Assembly: GCA_964035545.1 (NCBI GenBank)
Contig: OZ037765.1
Location: forward strand, 9,434,698 to 9,498,697
Direction of reading: 5' to 3'
Origin: Bugula neritina
Taxonomy: Eukaryota > Animalia > Bryozoa
Length of the DNA: 64,000 nucleotides
Shown here: positions 26,484 to 39,888 of the stretch, in pieces
How the letters are laid out: every line of letters begins with the position of its first letter
Position numbering within the stretch: position 1 is the first letter of the stretch
Made by a program: the position numbers and the translations under genes
The notes under the pieces: model-generated
Databases searched by the model: none
What the model saw: only the letters and a program-made list of their open reading frames with translations
Told to the model about the DNA's origin: nothing

Positions 26484-28659
26484 ATGAGCTCCCACAACTT
26501 TGTAGAGTCAGATGAAAGCAAAGAGTATACACAGATAAAAGCTAAAACTAGTCAAACCAACTCCACGCCAGAGTCAGCTGTCAGCAAGAGCTTGTCATTT
26601 GTTCTTCTGGTGGGGATATTTACAGCTTCAATTGGTTTCCTGTATCTTATATATACTTCTCTCCCTGAACTGGATCAGTAAGTTTATTGGATATTGTGTG
26701 ATCCAGCTAATAGGCAAGTTGCAGAGCCCTTTTTGTACATATCCGTATTTAAATATAAATATATTGTAAACAAACAAATATGGCAAACTTTAAGTGAATT
26801 TATGGGTAATTTCAGGTTTATTAGATAAATTCAGAAATAATTTTATTGACACTCATAAAATTTTTATTTTCATTGTTTTGGACATTTGCTATTTTAAAGT
26901 TTTATTACCTTAAAGTTTCTTCACAATTTCATTATTTAAAATGTTTGTGACATCACCATATTAGATTATGTTTTAGAGATGAAAAAGTGCATATCAAACT
27001 ACCAACTAGTATAGAAGATGCCAAGCAGCTGGGTAAAGTACTCACCAAATACAGAAAAGGATATTATTTACAAGTCCTCTCTGCTTATTGCCTGTGCTAT
27101 ATATTGTATCCTTTAAAAAGTTTATTTGCTGGTTTTTTGTGTCCATTAGTCTAGGAGTACTACTACTACAAATTTTAATAATTTTATATAACACACTTGA
27201 TAATTAAAACTTAAGCTACTGTCTTGATTCATGGGGTTCCCCTTTGCAAACTTCACTCAACAAGATTTTACTAGCTAAGACTCTTACGATATATTTTCAG
27301 AAAAGATGACACTTTATATAGTTTATACTGTAAATCTTTCCTTAGCTATTTATCAGTTTACAAACATTTGCTATTCCTGGATCCATCTTCCTCAGTATTA
27401 TCAGTGGCTATTTATTTCCAGTCTATACAGCTCTAATCCTAGTCTGCACGGTTTGTATATTGTATATATATTATATACGCATATTTTGGGGCTATTCAAC
27501 TGGACCAGTTGCTGATTATCACTCAGTATAACTTACTTGTAGATGGTTAGTTTGATTTTTCTAAGCTTGAAACTAATATTAAAATTATCAATTTTAGCCA
27601 GTGAACTGGCTAAAATCATCTCAGAATTGGTGTCATGTGTTTTTCTAAAGAAGGCAGGTCTGAAACCCAGTGTTGTAAAATATTTGTGTATTACTTACTT
27701 ACAATGTATATACAAAACATTTTATCAATAGATTAGTCGTTGGCACATCGTTGAGATATATTTTATTTTTGTTTTAGTGTTCAGCTGTTGGAGCCACTTT
27801 CTGTTATGCCATAACTTCACTTATTGGTCGAAAAATAGTTATAAAGTATTTTCCTGAAAAAGTTGAATCATGGTGCAAACAAGTAAGTTCTAAAAAATAT
27901 CTTTCTATGTTTTCGGTTTACAAGGTAATTGCTAAAAGTATGCTGTGTTATTTTAAAATAAAAGTTTCACATGTTATATATTCATTGTTTTCTTTAAACT
28001 GTCAGTTACATGTATAGATGGGGTTTTTAAGCTATCAGCTAACTTAAGATTAGCCAGCTTAGCTATTACTCTTCACCTTGTATATTGTCTTTTTAACCAC
28101 ATTGTAGGTCAACCATTTTATAAGCCAAATTCATCACTGCTTCAGATTTTCTCGATATATCAGAATAGATATAATTACCTGATATATACATGCACCATGT
28201 GGACAACTGTTATACAATGTAATACTATACTGCAGGTTGATCATCATAGGGAACATTTGCTCAACTACATAATATTCCTGAGGATTACTCCTTTTCTACC
28301 CAACTGGTTTATTAATATAGCCTCTCCTGTCATCAATGTTGATCTATTTCCTTTTACCTTGGGCACTTTTATAGGTATGTAGACATCATATTCTGAAATG
28401 ATAGATCTATGTGAAATTTTTGGCGTTTTATCTAAACTATTTGATATTGTATAACTTTAAAGCCCATATTGTAATGTTTGGTATTGTAGGAGTTGCCCCA
28501 CCATCTTTCTTTGCTATACAGACTGGGACCACTCTCTATGAAATGACAGAATCAACTAGCAATTTCACATGGTCAAAAGTTGCATTTCTAGGAATTTTGG
28601 CAGTCCTGTCTTTATTGCCAGTTTTGTTCAAGAAAAAATTAAGAAGTCGCTTGGAATAA
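26484..28659 (+). CDS. TMEM41B: Transmembrane protein 41B (Stasimon; VTT/DedA domain)
   Basis: Exons 26484-26677, 26977-27105, 27357-27450, 27778-27882, 28236-28374, 28490-28659. Motifs YIFLQTFAIPGSIFLSIISG, LLNYIIFLRITPFLPNWFINIASP, GTFIGVAPPSF. Confidence 0.93.
27106..27356 (+). other. U12-type (minor spliceosome) GT-AG intron
   Basis: 5' splice site GTATCCTTT, branch TTCCTTAGC at 27338-27346, AG at 27355-27356; reading frame joins correctly. Confidence 0.9.
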
Positions 28660-29254
28660 AAGCTTGCATATTTTATTCAGTTCCCAGACATTTGAAAGTC
28701 ATATTTTCACAACCAGTAACTATTTCTCAGTCAACCATACTAGATTGGTTCCTCTCTTAGTCAACATTACATGTGATATTTGTGTATTCAGGTTTTTGAG
28801 AGAATACCTACATAAAGTGAATGGACGACATATTGTATATTTTCAGCATTATACAATGATATTTTTCTTTTGAATTAATTATATAAATTATTTAGTAGAG
28901 TATGCAGTAATTGTCTAAAAACCGGATTTCACATGCTTTATGTGATGCTTTGATAATTTTTACAGCATAATTAAGTGTAAGTATGGATAATAATGAAGAA
29001 ATAGACAATCTCTTACAAAAACAAATATGATTTCTAGGCAATTATTTGTTTAATTATAGTTTATTTTATGTACTATTTAAGGCTTGGAAATTATTGACTC
29101 AATATTTATACATTATGGTCAGGTTTTGCTTTTGTTTATTTTATTGGGAATAAAATAGTTAACTACCAACAATACTTCTACACAGTGAAAAATAGTAACA
29201 GTAATTCGTTGTTCAGTTGGTTTTCACAACAATAAGCATTTAAAAAACAGAAAT

Positions 29255-31897
29255 TTATCTAACAAAGCTCCCGGAAAATCCAATTCCCACATACATAGCT
29301 GCTGAAGTATCTTCGCCTTTGATGATTACTGGATTAGAGAACAATGTCCAATACTTATCTTGATAAAAAACTACAAAATATTCGTAGATTTTACTTAAGC
29401 TGTACCATCCAATGGAGAGCTATAACCTTGGTAAAAATATAAAACTTATTAGTTTTGATGCAAGGTCAGTCAAGTGGTAATTGGGAATGTAAAATTTGCT
29501 TTGTGGTGCTATGGTCCCTCATCATAGAGATCAAACAGTGTCCATCTGTGACCAAGTTAATCATCACTAACTCCCAAATAGTGCAATTTTGATTATCTAA
29601 TTGTACAATTAACAGCAAATTAATTTTGCATACATTGCCTATTAGGCAACCATCAAAACACAATAGTCACCTATTTACTGTTATAAGGGACAATTTTGCA
29701 AAAAAAAGTTTTACATAACTTCATATCTCTAACTACATTTTGTATAGTATAGAATTTATGAATCGGTTATACACCTCGAATAAATTGAAAGTAGTTTAAA
29801 CACAACATGCAATAATCACACAGCCTTACCAAGATCACCAGCTTCAACTGTTACTTTCATTTCCTTACATGAGTGGCTGCAGTCACGATGAGGGAGCAGA
29901 GTAAGTTGTCTTATGCCTTGAACTTGCTGATACCAGGAAGTGGCGAATCCTCCTATTGGCTGCAGTAGTGGCAGCATAAACTGTTACAGCATAACTATGC
30001 AGGTAGCTGGAGAGTAATTATTTGATACGTACAAAAGAATTGGGCTATACAATACGTGTGATTGGGTCATAAAGGGAAACACCTATCTTACCAATTCATG
30101 TGTACCAGCTAGAGGACCGTCAAAATAAATCCTTTTCAGCAGAGAAACTTCAAAAGCAGAAGTAAGAAAACTTGGACGGGGAAAGAGTTTTCTGATGGCT
30201 TGTGAGGTTGGGACGCTGTTGGTCTCCCACATTAGAAAACCTGTTTGTCTTTTAAAACTCATGAGTGCTGTGTCATCATATTTATTAAAGAAATCAGAAA
30301 TGTTGTAGACACCATCTAGATTGGTGTGGAGAGTATTTGCACCTTCAAGAATGAACTTGTTTTCGTTATCTGAATACATACTTCGTAGAACATCCAAAGT
30401 TATATTTGGTGCTGAATATCTCTAACAAATACAAAACATAGAGAGTTGAGTATTGGTTTAAACTTGAAGGATTATGTAGTAGTTGTGTTATCTTTCACAA
30501 AATATAAAAAAGAAAATATCTTAAATTTTGCATAATTATCCTCCATCTATAAGTTCGAGCTATATCTCACTTTTTACTTGCAATTCCTTTGTAGTTACAC
30601 ATTATCAAGAAAGCACATGCTGTAACTACATACAAATTATTGTTGAATATGTAACATAGCACTGGAATAATTAATATCCAGCGCATTGCCTTGTTGTGTC
30701 AAAACTTAGACTCTAAGAGTTCATGAACATCACTCACTTTAATGATGAAAGGATGAATATCATGAGTGTGTTGTCTCCGCTGGTCATCACTGTAATTAGT
30801 GAGATCAACAAATCCGGATTTATTGCTACAAAGATGACAATCTTCAACTGGGTCCAAAAAGAATGGATTCGTAACCAAACAACTCGCACCATAAAAACCT
30901 AAAACAAAGTTTATTCAACATTAAATATTGTTATAGTTTTGTGGGATACTACAATTGTGGGTTATGAGTGTGTGTTGCAATGCTAGAACATAGCTCTTTG
31001 CGTGTGAATTAGAGAGAGAACTGAGCTTGTAATTGTAGTAGGTCGAGTATATTTATGACACTAAGAAATAAAGTTAGTCCACCAGCTAAGTGTGTCTGGG
31101 CGTTTGTGAGTCCTGATTATAAAGCCTAGCTTGATGTTTATTGGTCTGCAGGTTCCCAGAGTGAGGCTGCAACAGACCGTTGCAAACCAACCCCCCTCCC
31201 CCCCCCCCCCCTATGGCAATCACAATATGTAGAATGATGACTTATAGCTACCAAGAATTGCACATAAATTATAGTTCCATATTTCTGAATTTTTTAAAAG
31301 ATTAAGTAGCTCTGTTATTATTAAATAAATATTAACATCATTTCTGAGAGAAAATGTACTCTTTTTAATAGCACATCGATTATTTCACACTAATTAGTGA
31401 GTATTTCTAGAAACTGCTAATGCTAAAAAGGTAGACGAATTTTTGACACAAATTTGCACAGTCTAATTTTTTATTTTGTAATTATTATGCTGTGAATTAG
31501 CACTTGTGTACATACCTTGCATATGAAACTTATCAGTCAGTGGTTTTAGCATAATTCTAGCAAATCTCATCGAAGGATAAATCCATGGAGCCATAAGGTT
31601 TTCTACCTGCCCTTCAATTTCAGGCGAAAATAGTGCACAGGTAGTCAAAATGAAATAAAGCAGAATCAAAACTGCAGGAACAACTGCCAAACATTTGAGA
31701 AGAAACCAAGTCCAAAAACCAACTTTAGTCAAAACAAACTGCCAGCCTCTTCCTTGATTTTTACTTCTGTCTTCATCTTGCAGTTGAATCACCTCCTTAA
31801 TGCACTCCTTTATTTCCGTGTCACTCATGCCCCATGATCGGCCTAATCCTACTATTTTTTCAAGCTTTGATTCCAAACTATTCAGTTTGTCTTCCAT
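29255..31897 (-). CDS. C6orf89/BRAP-like single-TM protein, copy A
   Basis: Exons 31897-31516, 30898-30738, 30421-30092, 29959-29830, 29370-29255, open throughout. TM segment, YPSMRFARIMLKP, CLVTNPFF..DCHLC, FPRPSFL, SWYQQVQG..PHRDCSHSC..GDLVFYQDKYW. Family assignment is from recalled motif resemblance only. Confidence 0.6.
30929..31224 (+). mobile_element. Solo LTR in intron 1 of copy A
   Basis: TGTTAT...ATCACA termini, 4-bp TSD ATAT (30925-30928 and 31225-31228), AATAAA 31067-31072; the paralogous intron in copy B (~41550-41580) shows the empty site. Confidence 0.75.
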
Positions 31898-32081
31898 TTT
31901 TGACTTTAGGTCCTGCAAGCACAAAGCACCAAACATATGTTAGCATTGAAAAAGTCAGTAGTCAAAACACCTCATTATTAATTTCAAATAAATAATATGT
32001 AGTGAGAAAATATTTTTCTAAACTAAAAGTAAATGTGCATATAAAATAAAAACGAAAAAATTGGATTGAGACTTAAAAAAT

Positions 32082-32428
32082 GGTGTCCGGGAGAAGTTGC
32101 GTTGATAAAAATGACACAGGTAATAATGGCAGCTCCTTTCCTCCCTACACAGGCTTTTCTCAGTTTCTCCATTACTTTACCTACCTCGGATTTTGGATTG
32201 GGGTTTAGGTTTGGGAATGCCGGGATGGGAGTTTGAGTTTGGGGGTTTGGAGTTGGTGGTTTACGTTTAGTGTGGGAGTTTTGGGTTTGGGGGTTTGGAA
32301 AATTTGTGCCATTTTTACTTACTTTTCAATCTGTGCCATTGTTACCTGTGCCATTGTTACCTGTGCCATTATTACCTGTGCCATTGTTACCTGTGTTATT
32401 ATTACTTGCACCATTTTTACCTAACATC
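32082..32428. mobile_element. Non-autonomous DNA element with 15-bp subterminal repeats (Mutator-like?)
   Basis: Tandem TGTGCCATTGTTACC-type 15-mers at ~32330-32420, inverted copy (ACACAGGTAATAATGGCA) near 32114-32131, GT-rich core, possible 9-bp TSD TTAAAAAAT/TAAAAAAAT. Confidence 0.5.
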
Positions 32429-33070
32429 TAAAAAAATTGAGGTGTAAGAGCGTCTCACCAGCACATACATTTAGAAGCCACATCTGCCATATGGTGAAAC
32501 GAGAACAAAAAGGTATGAGCAATGTCTTCAAAACATCTAGAGCTGCAGTAAACATAGCATATCACACAATTAAAAGCGGCATAAACTTAAATTAGAATTA
32601 ATATTATTATCACTCACCTTCATTCTTTTACTTGGCTTTGTACAATAGCAATAAATAAGTACATCTACACCTACAGGTAAGCAAGAAGTCAAATGTATAC
32701 ATACACAGCTTTAGGCATAGAATGGTAGTGATATCTCTTAGGCTTTCTCCTGATGAGGAATGTTAGCTTGGAATGAGTGCAAAGATCAAGGGTTAAAGGG
32801 CATTGATCATGCTGAATGAGTGTAAGCAAATGGAAGAGTGTAGACTGTAGACTATCTATCTTATAATTTAATTGTTAGATATACATCACGCTAGTTGAAC
32901 TAACCGCTTACGAAAGTCAGAAGTTGGTCAACTGGAGGTCACTAGAACCAAATAAATTTGATGTATTTTACATAAATTTCGCTGAGTAAAAAACCCATCA
33001 TTTTGGTTTTTCTGGATACAACATAGTGATCTTTACATGGGAAATAACTCTAAAAGTTACTATAACGAGT

Positions 33071-33087
33071 CACATGATTATCACGTG
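33071..33087 (+). promoter_or_regulatory. Tandem E-box (CLEAR-like) pair upstream of ZIP-A
   Basis: CACATG-N5-CACGTG; same geometry at 46981-46997 upstream of ZIP-B. Confidence 0.5.
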
Positions 33088-33889
33088 GACTGTATTTTAC
33101 TCTACTCATATCCGTTGTACTCATTTAGCTCATGGCAGTTGATTTAGTCAAGTTTTCCAATTTTAACTTTCTTTTACTTATCTTTCCTAAAATGTCAATA
33201 TGAATATTTAACTAATGTCACTTTGATTGTTAGCTACGCTTAGCAGTTGGAGAAACTCATGATGATCATGATTATGATTTAGATTAGGCTACTTAAAATA
33301 TCAATAAGTATAACTACTACTACTACTACTACTACTAGTACTACTACTACTACTACTACTACTAGTACTAGTACTACTACTACTTCTACTACTACTACCA
33401 CTACCACTACTACTACTAAATAGTGGTAATACTAGTACTAGTAGTCTTGGATCTATAAGTAAAACTTATAAATTCGAAAAGTTACATTTGTATGATAAGT
33501 ATCTGTAGTCTGTACTGGTATTTTCATTTTGAGTGAGTTGATTTTGCTTTTAATAATGATATAATAATAAGTCGTATTTTTCAATGTTGTTTTAGTTTAC
33601 TTGTTGCTTTTAGTTTTATCTTTATTCTAAATTACCCTAAGTAAATGTAGAACTAGGAGAGTTTTAATTTTGGTAAAAGCTAAAATCTACACTCAGCTTG
33701 AGCTTTAACTTTTAAGTCAAAGTATTGGTTTATAATAATGTTAATCATTATTCATTATCACACTTACTTCATAGTGATAGTGATACTAATAGTGTATTTT
33801 ATGATTGTCATCAATTACATTTTTTTTTTATTATTGTTATTATTAAAATTAATACTGATGCTTCTTATGCCTATGGCTACTATCAGTAG

Positions 33890-35990
33890 ACAGACTAGAC
33901 ACACATAAAATCAGAGGAAAGGAAACAAAGGCCAAGTTGGAAAAAGAAATTAACAGAGCACTGAAAGATCGTAACAAATTTGAACATATGGATGAGGAAG
34001 CACAGTAGAAAGCTCTCGAAACAATGGTCTATGAGGCAGCAGAAAAATTATGGGAAAAGCGTAAGCCTAAACATCAAAACTGGTTTGATGAGACAGATGA
34101 ACAGCTCGCTGTTTTACTAGAATAACGCAACAGCGCCGAAATAATGTGCTACGAACAAACACAAGTTTGAACAAAAGCAAGTACACAGCTGCAAAGAGCA
34201 AACTTTAGTCATATACTAGGAAGCTGAAATCAGACTGGTGGGAGGCAAAGGCAAAGTCTACAACACCCAGCGGTCACCAATGATATAAAATTGTTTTATG
34301 GAGGACTACGACAAGTGTACGGGCCTGTTAGATGAGGAACAACCCAGCTTACAGCTCTAGATGACAGTACGGTACTACAGGAGATGTCAGAACTCCTCAA
34401 CAGATTTGCTAAAAACTTTTCTCAACTCCTGAAAATACTTGGTACTCTGGATGTAAGGGCTGCAATGGATATTCAAGAAAGACCAGAGGTGCACTGTCTC
34501 TCTGAGTCTCCAGACTTAGAAAAAGTAATATATGCAATCGAGGCTGCAACTGAAGGTAAAACACCTGGAAAGTGTGGAATCCCATTAGAAATACGGAGGA
34601 GCAGAAGTAGTGTCTAAAGTATGTCAGATGGCTCTTTCTGTTTGGAGAGAGGAAAGTGTACCCTAAGATTGGGAAGATGCTAGTATTATCCCAATATTCA
34701 AGAAAATTAGTCAGAGAGATTGTGGAAATTACAGAGGAATATCCTTACCAGAAAAATATTCTCACGAATTCTGCTGGGCAGGTTTAACATGCATATTGCT
34801 CCAGTTGTGTTACCAGAATATCATTGTGGCTTCATGGGCATTATCTTCTGTTTGAGATAAACACATGAAAAGTGTATAAAGCAAAACATGCCACTTTATG
34901 CAAAGTTCATGGACTTCAGTAAGGCTTTTAACACCGTATCAAGAGATTGCCTTTGGTATGTTCTCACCAAAATTGAATGCTCTGCCAAATTTATAAACAT
35001 TGCCAAATCCCTACATAATGGCATGCAAGCTTCTGTAGCGTATGGAACTGATCAATCTAAAGAATTCGCAGAGACAAACAGTGTTAAACAAGAGTGTGTT
35101 CTTTCACCTACCCTTTTTCTCTATCTGTCAGCCATACTAGGAGTTGCTTTTGAAGACAGCTTGGATGGGGTATCTATCCAAGCAAGACAGAATGCATATT
35201 TCTTCAATGTAGCTCATTTAAGACAAAAACAAAAATATCTCAGAAAATCGTATGCGTAACGCTGACGACAGTACTCTAGTAGGTCATAAACAGCGCCTAT
35301 CTCAACCAGTTAAGAATCAACATGTAGTGCAGCCACCTGATAATATTATAATACATAATGAAGCTTTAGTACAGACAGAGTACTTTGTATGTCTTTGTAA
35401 TATCTGACGATGCCAGACTAGATGAGGAGCTCATCATTTGGATGGGAAAGGCTAGTGCAGCCTATAAGAAGTTGTGAAGGAGACTGGGACAACCACCATG
35501 TGTCCCTTCCAGTGAAATGCCAAGTATATAAAACAATAGTTTTATCTATCTTGCTGTATAGGGTAGAAACATAGACAGTTTATAGAACACAGGTCAAAAA
35601 GCTAAGTTCCTATATGATGAGGCAATTAGATTTTAAAACTAACTTGGAAGGAGTTATAAAGTGTCTAACAATAAAATATATAGAAGTGGTTTAGCCCTGA
35701 TAGCAGACATACTCATTGAGCACAACCTTAGATGAACTGGACACATTCATCGAATGGATGAAAAGAGACTGCCTAGGCAGCTTCTCTACTCACAACTGAG
35801 CTCGAGAAAAAAGGTATCAGGGGCGTCCGCATCCTAGCTTCAAAGATGAAAATGGAACTTAAAATAGAGAGGTATTAGACCGGATACTTAGCAGGCCGTA
35901 GCTAAACATCGACCTGTCTGAAGAACTATGATCTGGAGACCTTAACTTAGAATATTCATCGACGCGCTGCTTGTGATGATGATTATGACT
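33890..35990 (+). pseudogene. Decayed RTE-clade non-LTR retrotransposon (RT region and 3' end)
   Basis: Fragments KHQNWFDE, WWEAKAK, DWEDASIIPIFKK..CGNYRGISL, FMDFSKAFNTVSR, VKQECVLSPTLF, an ADD remnant near 35260-35270, and a (GAT)n-like tail at ~35975-35988; many stops and frameshifts. Confidence 0.85.
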
Positions 35991-38075
35991 CACAGTAACT
36001 GCCATAGATATTCATTATTTATATAATAATAACACTTAATAATGTTGTAGTTTTTATTAGTCATTAGATTTACTTTTTAAATTTTCAAAAATATTTACCA
36101 GTTTGAGTTGCCCTTAAAGCTTGAGTTTTGACTATTACTATTAGTATAATTATGATAAGAGTATGTCAAACTTCATTTTGGGGTAACAATTTAAATTTAA
36201 TGTCCTTCAGATGGTTTGTGTCTGCTAACTAATATTGTAAATAGAATTGGTTAAATATTAATATTCTGAGATAGCTTATATTCTATAATTAATGGGACTA
36301 AAATTTGCTCATTAAGTATTTCCACGTCTAATAAATAATAGCTAATGACCTAATACTGAAGCTTATATTTATAACTCTTGTTATATTGAGTACTGGGGGT
36401 TTGCAGATACTAAGTACCTAATATAACAGGGTATGCATACAATTATAATAATATTTTATGTGTATGTAACACATTTGATAGTTGGTATTGTACTTACCTG
36501 TAATATTGTTCTCTTCAGTCACATCTACTCAGGGCAGACTGTAGTGCACAAGAGACAAGAGATAGGAGATTCTGTTCGAAAGTTTCAGTACAGAAGGTTC
36601 TCTCCTTGGTTACCTCTTGTAGCCAAAGCTCCGTCACTCAGCATAAAGGTAAGATTGCGAAAGTGTGTTGTTGGGGCTAATTATATGTCATCTCCAGTAA
36701 TTAGATGTATGTCCTGTATAATGGTGCATAGCCTCCGTAAGTGTTTATTTGTATATTATGATATATAATATACTATGTGTATCGGTTTGTGTTTGTGTCT
36801 GGTTGCAAGATATGCTTTAACTACTAGCCAACTTGGCAACAGGTTTTCAAGTTTATTAACTCTCAAATCGTACCCTAGAAAAATGGGAAACATTAGAAAT
36901 TGTATAAGTAAGTAGTCACAATATAAATCAAAATTCAGAGGAACACCATGAACATTACAGAACCAAACAAATTGACATGAACTATTATAATTCTAATAAA
37001 CTTACAATATGGATGCGTAGATAAAATTCTTAGCCATCACAATACCGAAACCGATAGTTTATTCTTACAAAGAGTGTAAATATGGCGGTTTGATCATGAT
37101 ACACTGACTCATGCAGTACAGTGAATACACTAGCTCTGCCAGCTAATAGTAGCTTTGGCGAAAGCTTTGAAGCTTGAAAGCTTTAATGATTGGCTGCCTG
37201 CCAATACATCTGGGTGGCATACCAATACACTATGTATGAAATTAAAAAGCTATTATAAATTTGAAAAAGGTTAAATACAATCAAGTATTCAACACAAAAC
37301 AATATTGAGCACTAACTAATGTTGCAGGGAAGTTCCATGTGGTATATTATATTGTAGTAGCATAGCATACAAAATATTAGATATAAAATAGGGCTTGAAT
37401 ACATCTATAACACTGTTACAACATTTTGTTCATTAGCATTTTTTGTATATGTTTCATTAGTATTAGACACAACATAATTTTGAATTCAATATTTACTCAG
37501 TTAAAAGAAATAAATAAATTTTTTATAGTATGAATCTAGAAGATATAATGACAATTAAATAAAACAGCCTTGCCACTTGATTTTATGTCATACGGTGTTT
37601 TAGTTTAAACTGGAACTGCATAACTTTACTGTAAATAAAAGTGAAGAGTTGACTACTGATTAGCTTAGTGTTTTGTTGTTTTATTTGTAATTGAATATAT
37701 TGTTTTGCTGTTGCAATATTTTCCTGCTTTGTTTGTTATTATAGTAGATTAACAAATATCTACACCTAGTTAGACTTATGACTATTAGCTTTTGTTTATT
37801 TATATTTTAAGAATTGTTATATTTCTTTCAAGAAGAGCACAACTCCTACAGTAGTGAAAATCCTAATCGCGATCAAATTGGTTTACTAACTTCAAGCAAA
37901 CGAATAAGGAAGTTCAAAATAATAAATTCTTTTCTCAAATGTTCTTAAATCAAGACAAAAACTTGCTTTGTTAATTCCCAAAACTTTATGTTGGTTCTTT
38001 CTACATGTTTAATATCTTGTTACTAGTCTTTGTGTTTTGTAGTTTGTAGAAATAGCAGATCAGCAAAAACTAAAA

Positions 38076-39578
38076 ATGGAGCTACCCATAGTTAAAATGC
38101 TCATCCTACTGTTGCTATTTTCTGGAACGTTTATTTTCTCTTTACTTCCTGTTCCGTTGATGAAAGCAGCAACAAACACTGAGAATACAAGGCGTAAAAA
38201 TATGCTTGACAGATGTATCAGGTAGCTATTAACTGTAGGCCTATAATAACAGTGTGAAGCTATTTTTAGTTGAGATGAGAGTTTGTATAAATTATTAGAA
38301 TATTAACATTAGGGAGCAGCTGTGGTCTAGGGGTTAGACTGTTTGCTTAGTGAACACGAAGTCATGGGTGTCGAACCCCGACAAAAGCCATTGGTGATGT
38401 TGGGAAGAGTATCTAGTCATAATTGCTCCTGTGCCTCATCTGAACTAATGCTCAGCCCGATCTAACAAAAACCCCTTCCATCAGAAGTTTTCTAGCGGGA
38501 TAGCGATTATAAACTTGCGCGAGTTTTTTGTTGCTAGAATATTACCACTAACTCAAAATTTGAATGTTAACATGACTAACTTGACTAACTAATGAGGTCT
38601 GATATTCCTTTCAGTTTCCTGAGCTGCTTTGCTGCTGGAGTTTTCCTTGGTACATGCCTACTAGATTTATACCCAGAGGTACAAACAAAATTACATTCTG
38701 CAGTTATGTCGTACATTTCAAAGGACAGCAAGTTTGCCTGCTATCCCTTTGGAGAAGCTGTTATGGTTGCCGGGTTTTTCCTTGTGTTAATAGTCGAGCA
38801 AATGGTGCTAGCATTGAAAGAGATGAGTGTAGAGAGCAGCACTCCAGCCAACCAAAAAGATCAGCCTAGAAGTAGTAGTCAGAGTAAAAGAGTGACTTAT
38901 GATTCTATCAACAGTACAACAAATGAATGCACTGAACATGAAAGACTGTTGGGTAGTAGCTCACATAACAACACACAGTCTAGAAGTCGATTAGGTAGCT
39001 TGTCAAGCATAAGGAGCATCGAGTCAAGGAATAACCTTCACAGTCAGTCTGATGATCAACATGAACATTCAATGCATTATGATCCCAGCTCACACTCACC
39101 CGTAAGGTCATTGATTATGCTGGCAGCATTATCGTTGCACTCTGTGTTTGAAGGCCTTGCAGTTGGTCTCCAAGACACAGAAGAGGGCGTGTTGTCCATT
39201 TTTGGAGCCCTGATACTTCATAAATGCATAATTGCCTTTAGTATTGGGCTTAATCTTGTGCAAAGCAAATTAAGAGTCAAAGCAATAATTGTATCTAATG
39301 CAGTGTTCTGTTTTGCTAGTCCTTTGGGCATAGCCATAGGAATTTTAATTACTGATTTCAATTCTGATGCTGCCACATCACAACTAGTCAATGGAATCCT
39401 TCAAGGTTTAGCATGTGGTACATTCTTATATGTAACCTTTTTTGAAGTTTTACCTCATGAATTTAACAAACCTAAAGATAGACTACTTAAGTTGCTTTTT
39501 GTTATTGTGGGATTTGCATTTGTAAATGGTGTGCTCTTCTTAGAAATGTCTCTTTCAAAAGAGCCTGGCTGTGATTAA
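38076..39578 (+). CDS. ZIP/SLC39 zinc transporter (ZIP1/2/3 type), copy A, about 369 aa
   Basis: Exons 38076-38221 and 38615-39578. FLSCFAAGVFLGTCLLDL, ALSLHSVFEGLAVG, ILHKCIIAFSIG, LQGLACGTFLYVTFFEVLPHE. Confidence 0.93.
38312..38534 (+). mobile_element. tRNA-derived SINE, copy 2, in the ZIP-A intron
   Basis: Homologous to 25421-25638; degenerate 16-bp TSD TAGAATATTAACATTA/TAGAATATTACCACTA (38296-38311 and 38535-38550). Confidence 0.85.
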
Positions 39579-39888
39579 ACATATTTTCTACATGATTGTT
39601 GCATATCTCAGTTGGTTTTATTTTTATAATAAATTTTATAAGTTTACTACCTTAGCAGTTTATGACAATTAAGCTAAAAACTGCACCAAGTCAAGTTTTT
39701 TTTACGAGTTTTTATTTTATTTTTGTAGCTATTTTGTAGTTATTATAAAAAATATATGTTTATATATGCAAGTTCATTGATAGAAGATATCAAACTACAT
39801 AGTTACAATGTTATTTAAAATAATAAAAATTAGGAAACGGTCATGTTAGTCACTCTATATAGGTTGCTAGACTGTAATATACTGTAAA

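Noticed and set aside
32330-32420. CRISPR-like array
   Set aside because: Head-to-tail 15-mers without unique spacers, in eukaryotic DNA.
35940-35990. RTE 3' end as the partner of the SINE tail
   Set aside because: No visible similarity between the (GAT)n-type tail and the SINE hairpin/T-tail.
36465-37237. Possible solo LTR (36465-36768) and MITE with degenerate TIRs (36770-37237)
   Set aside because: Termini and TSDs too degenerate to support by eye.
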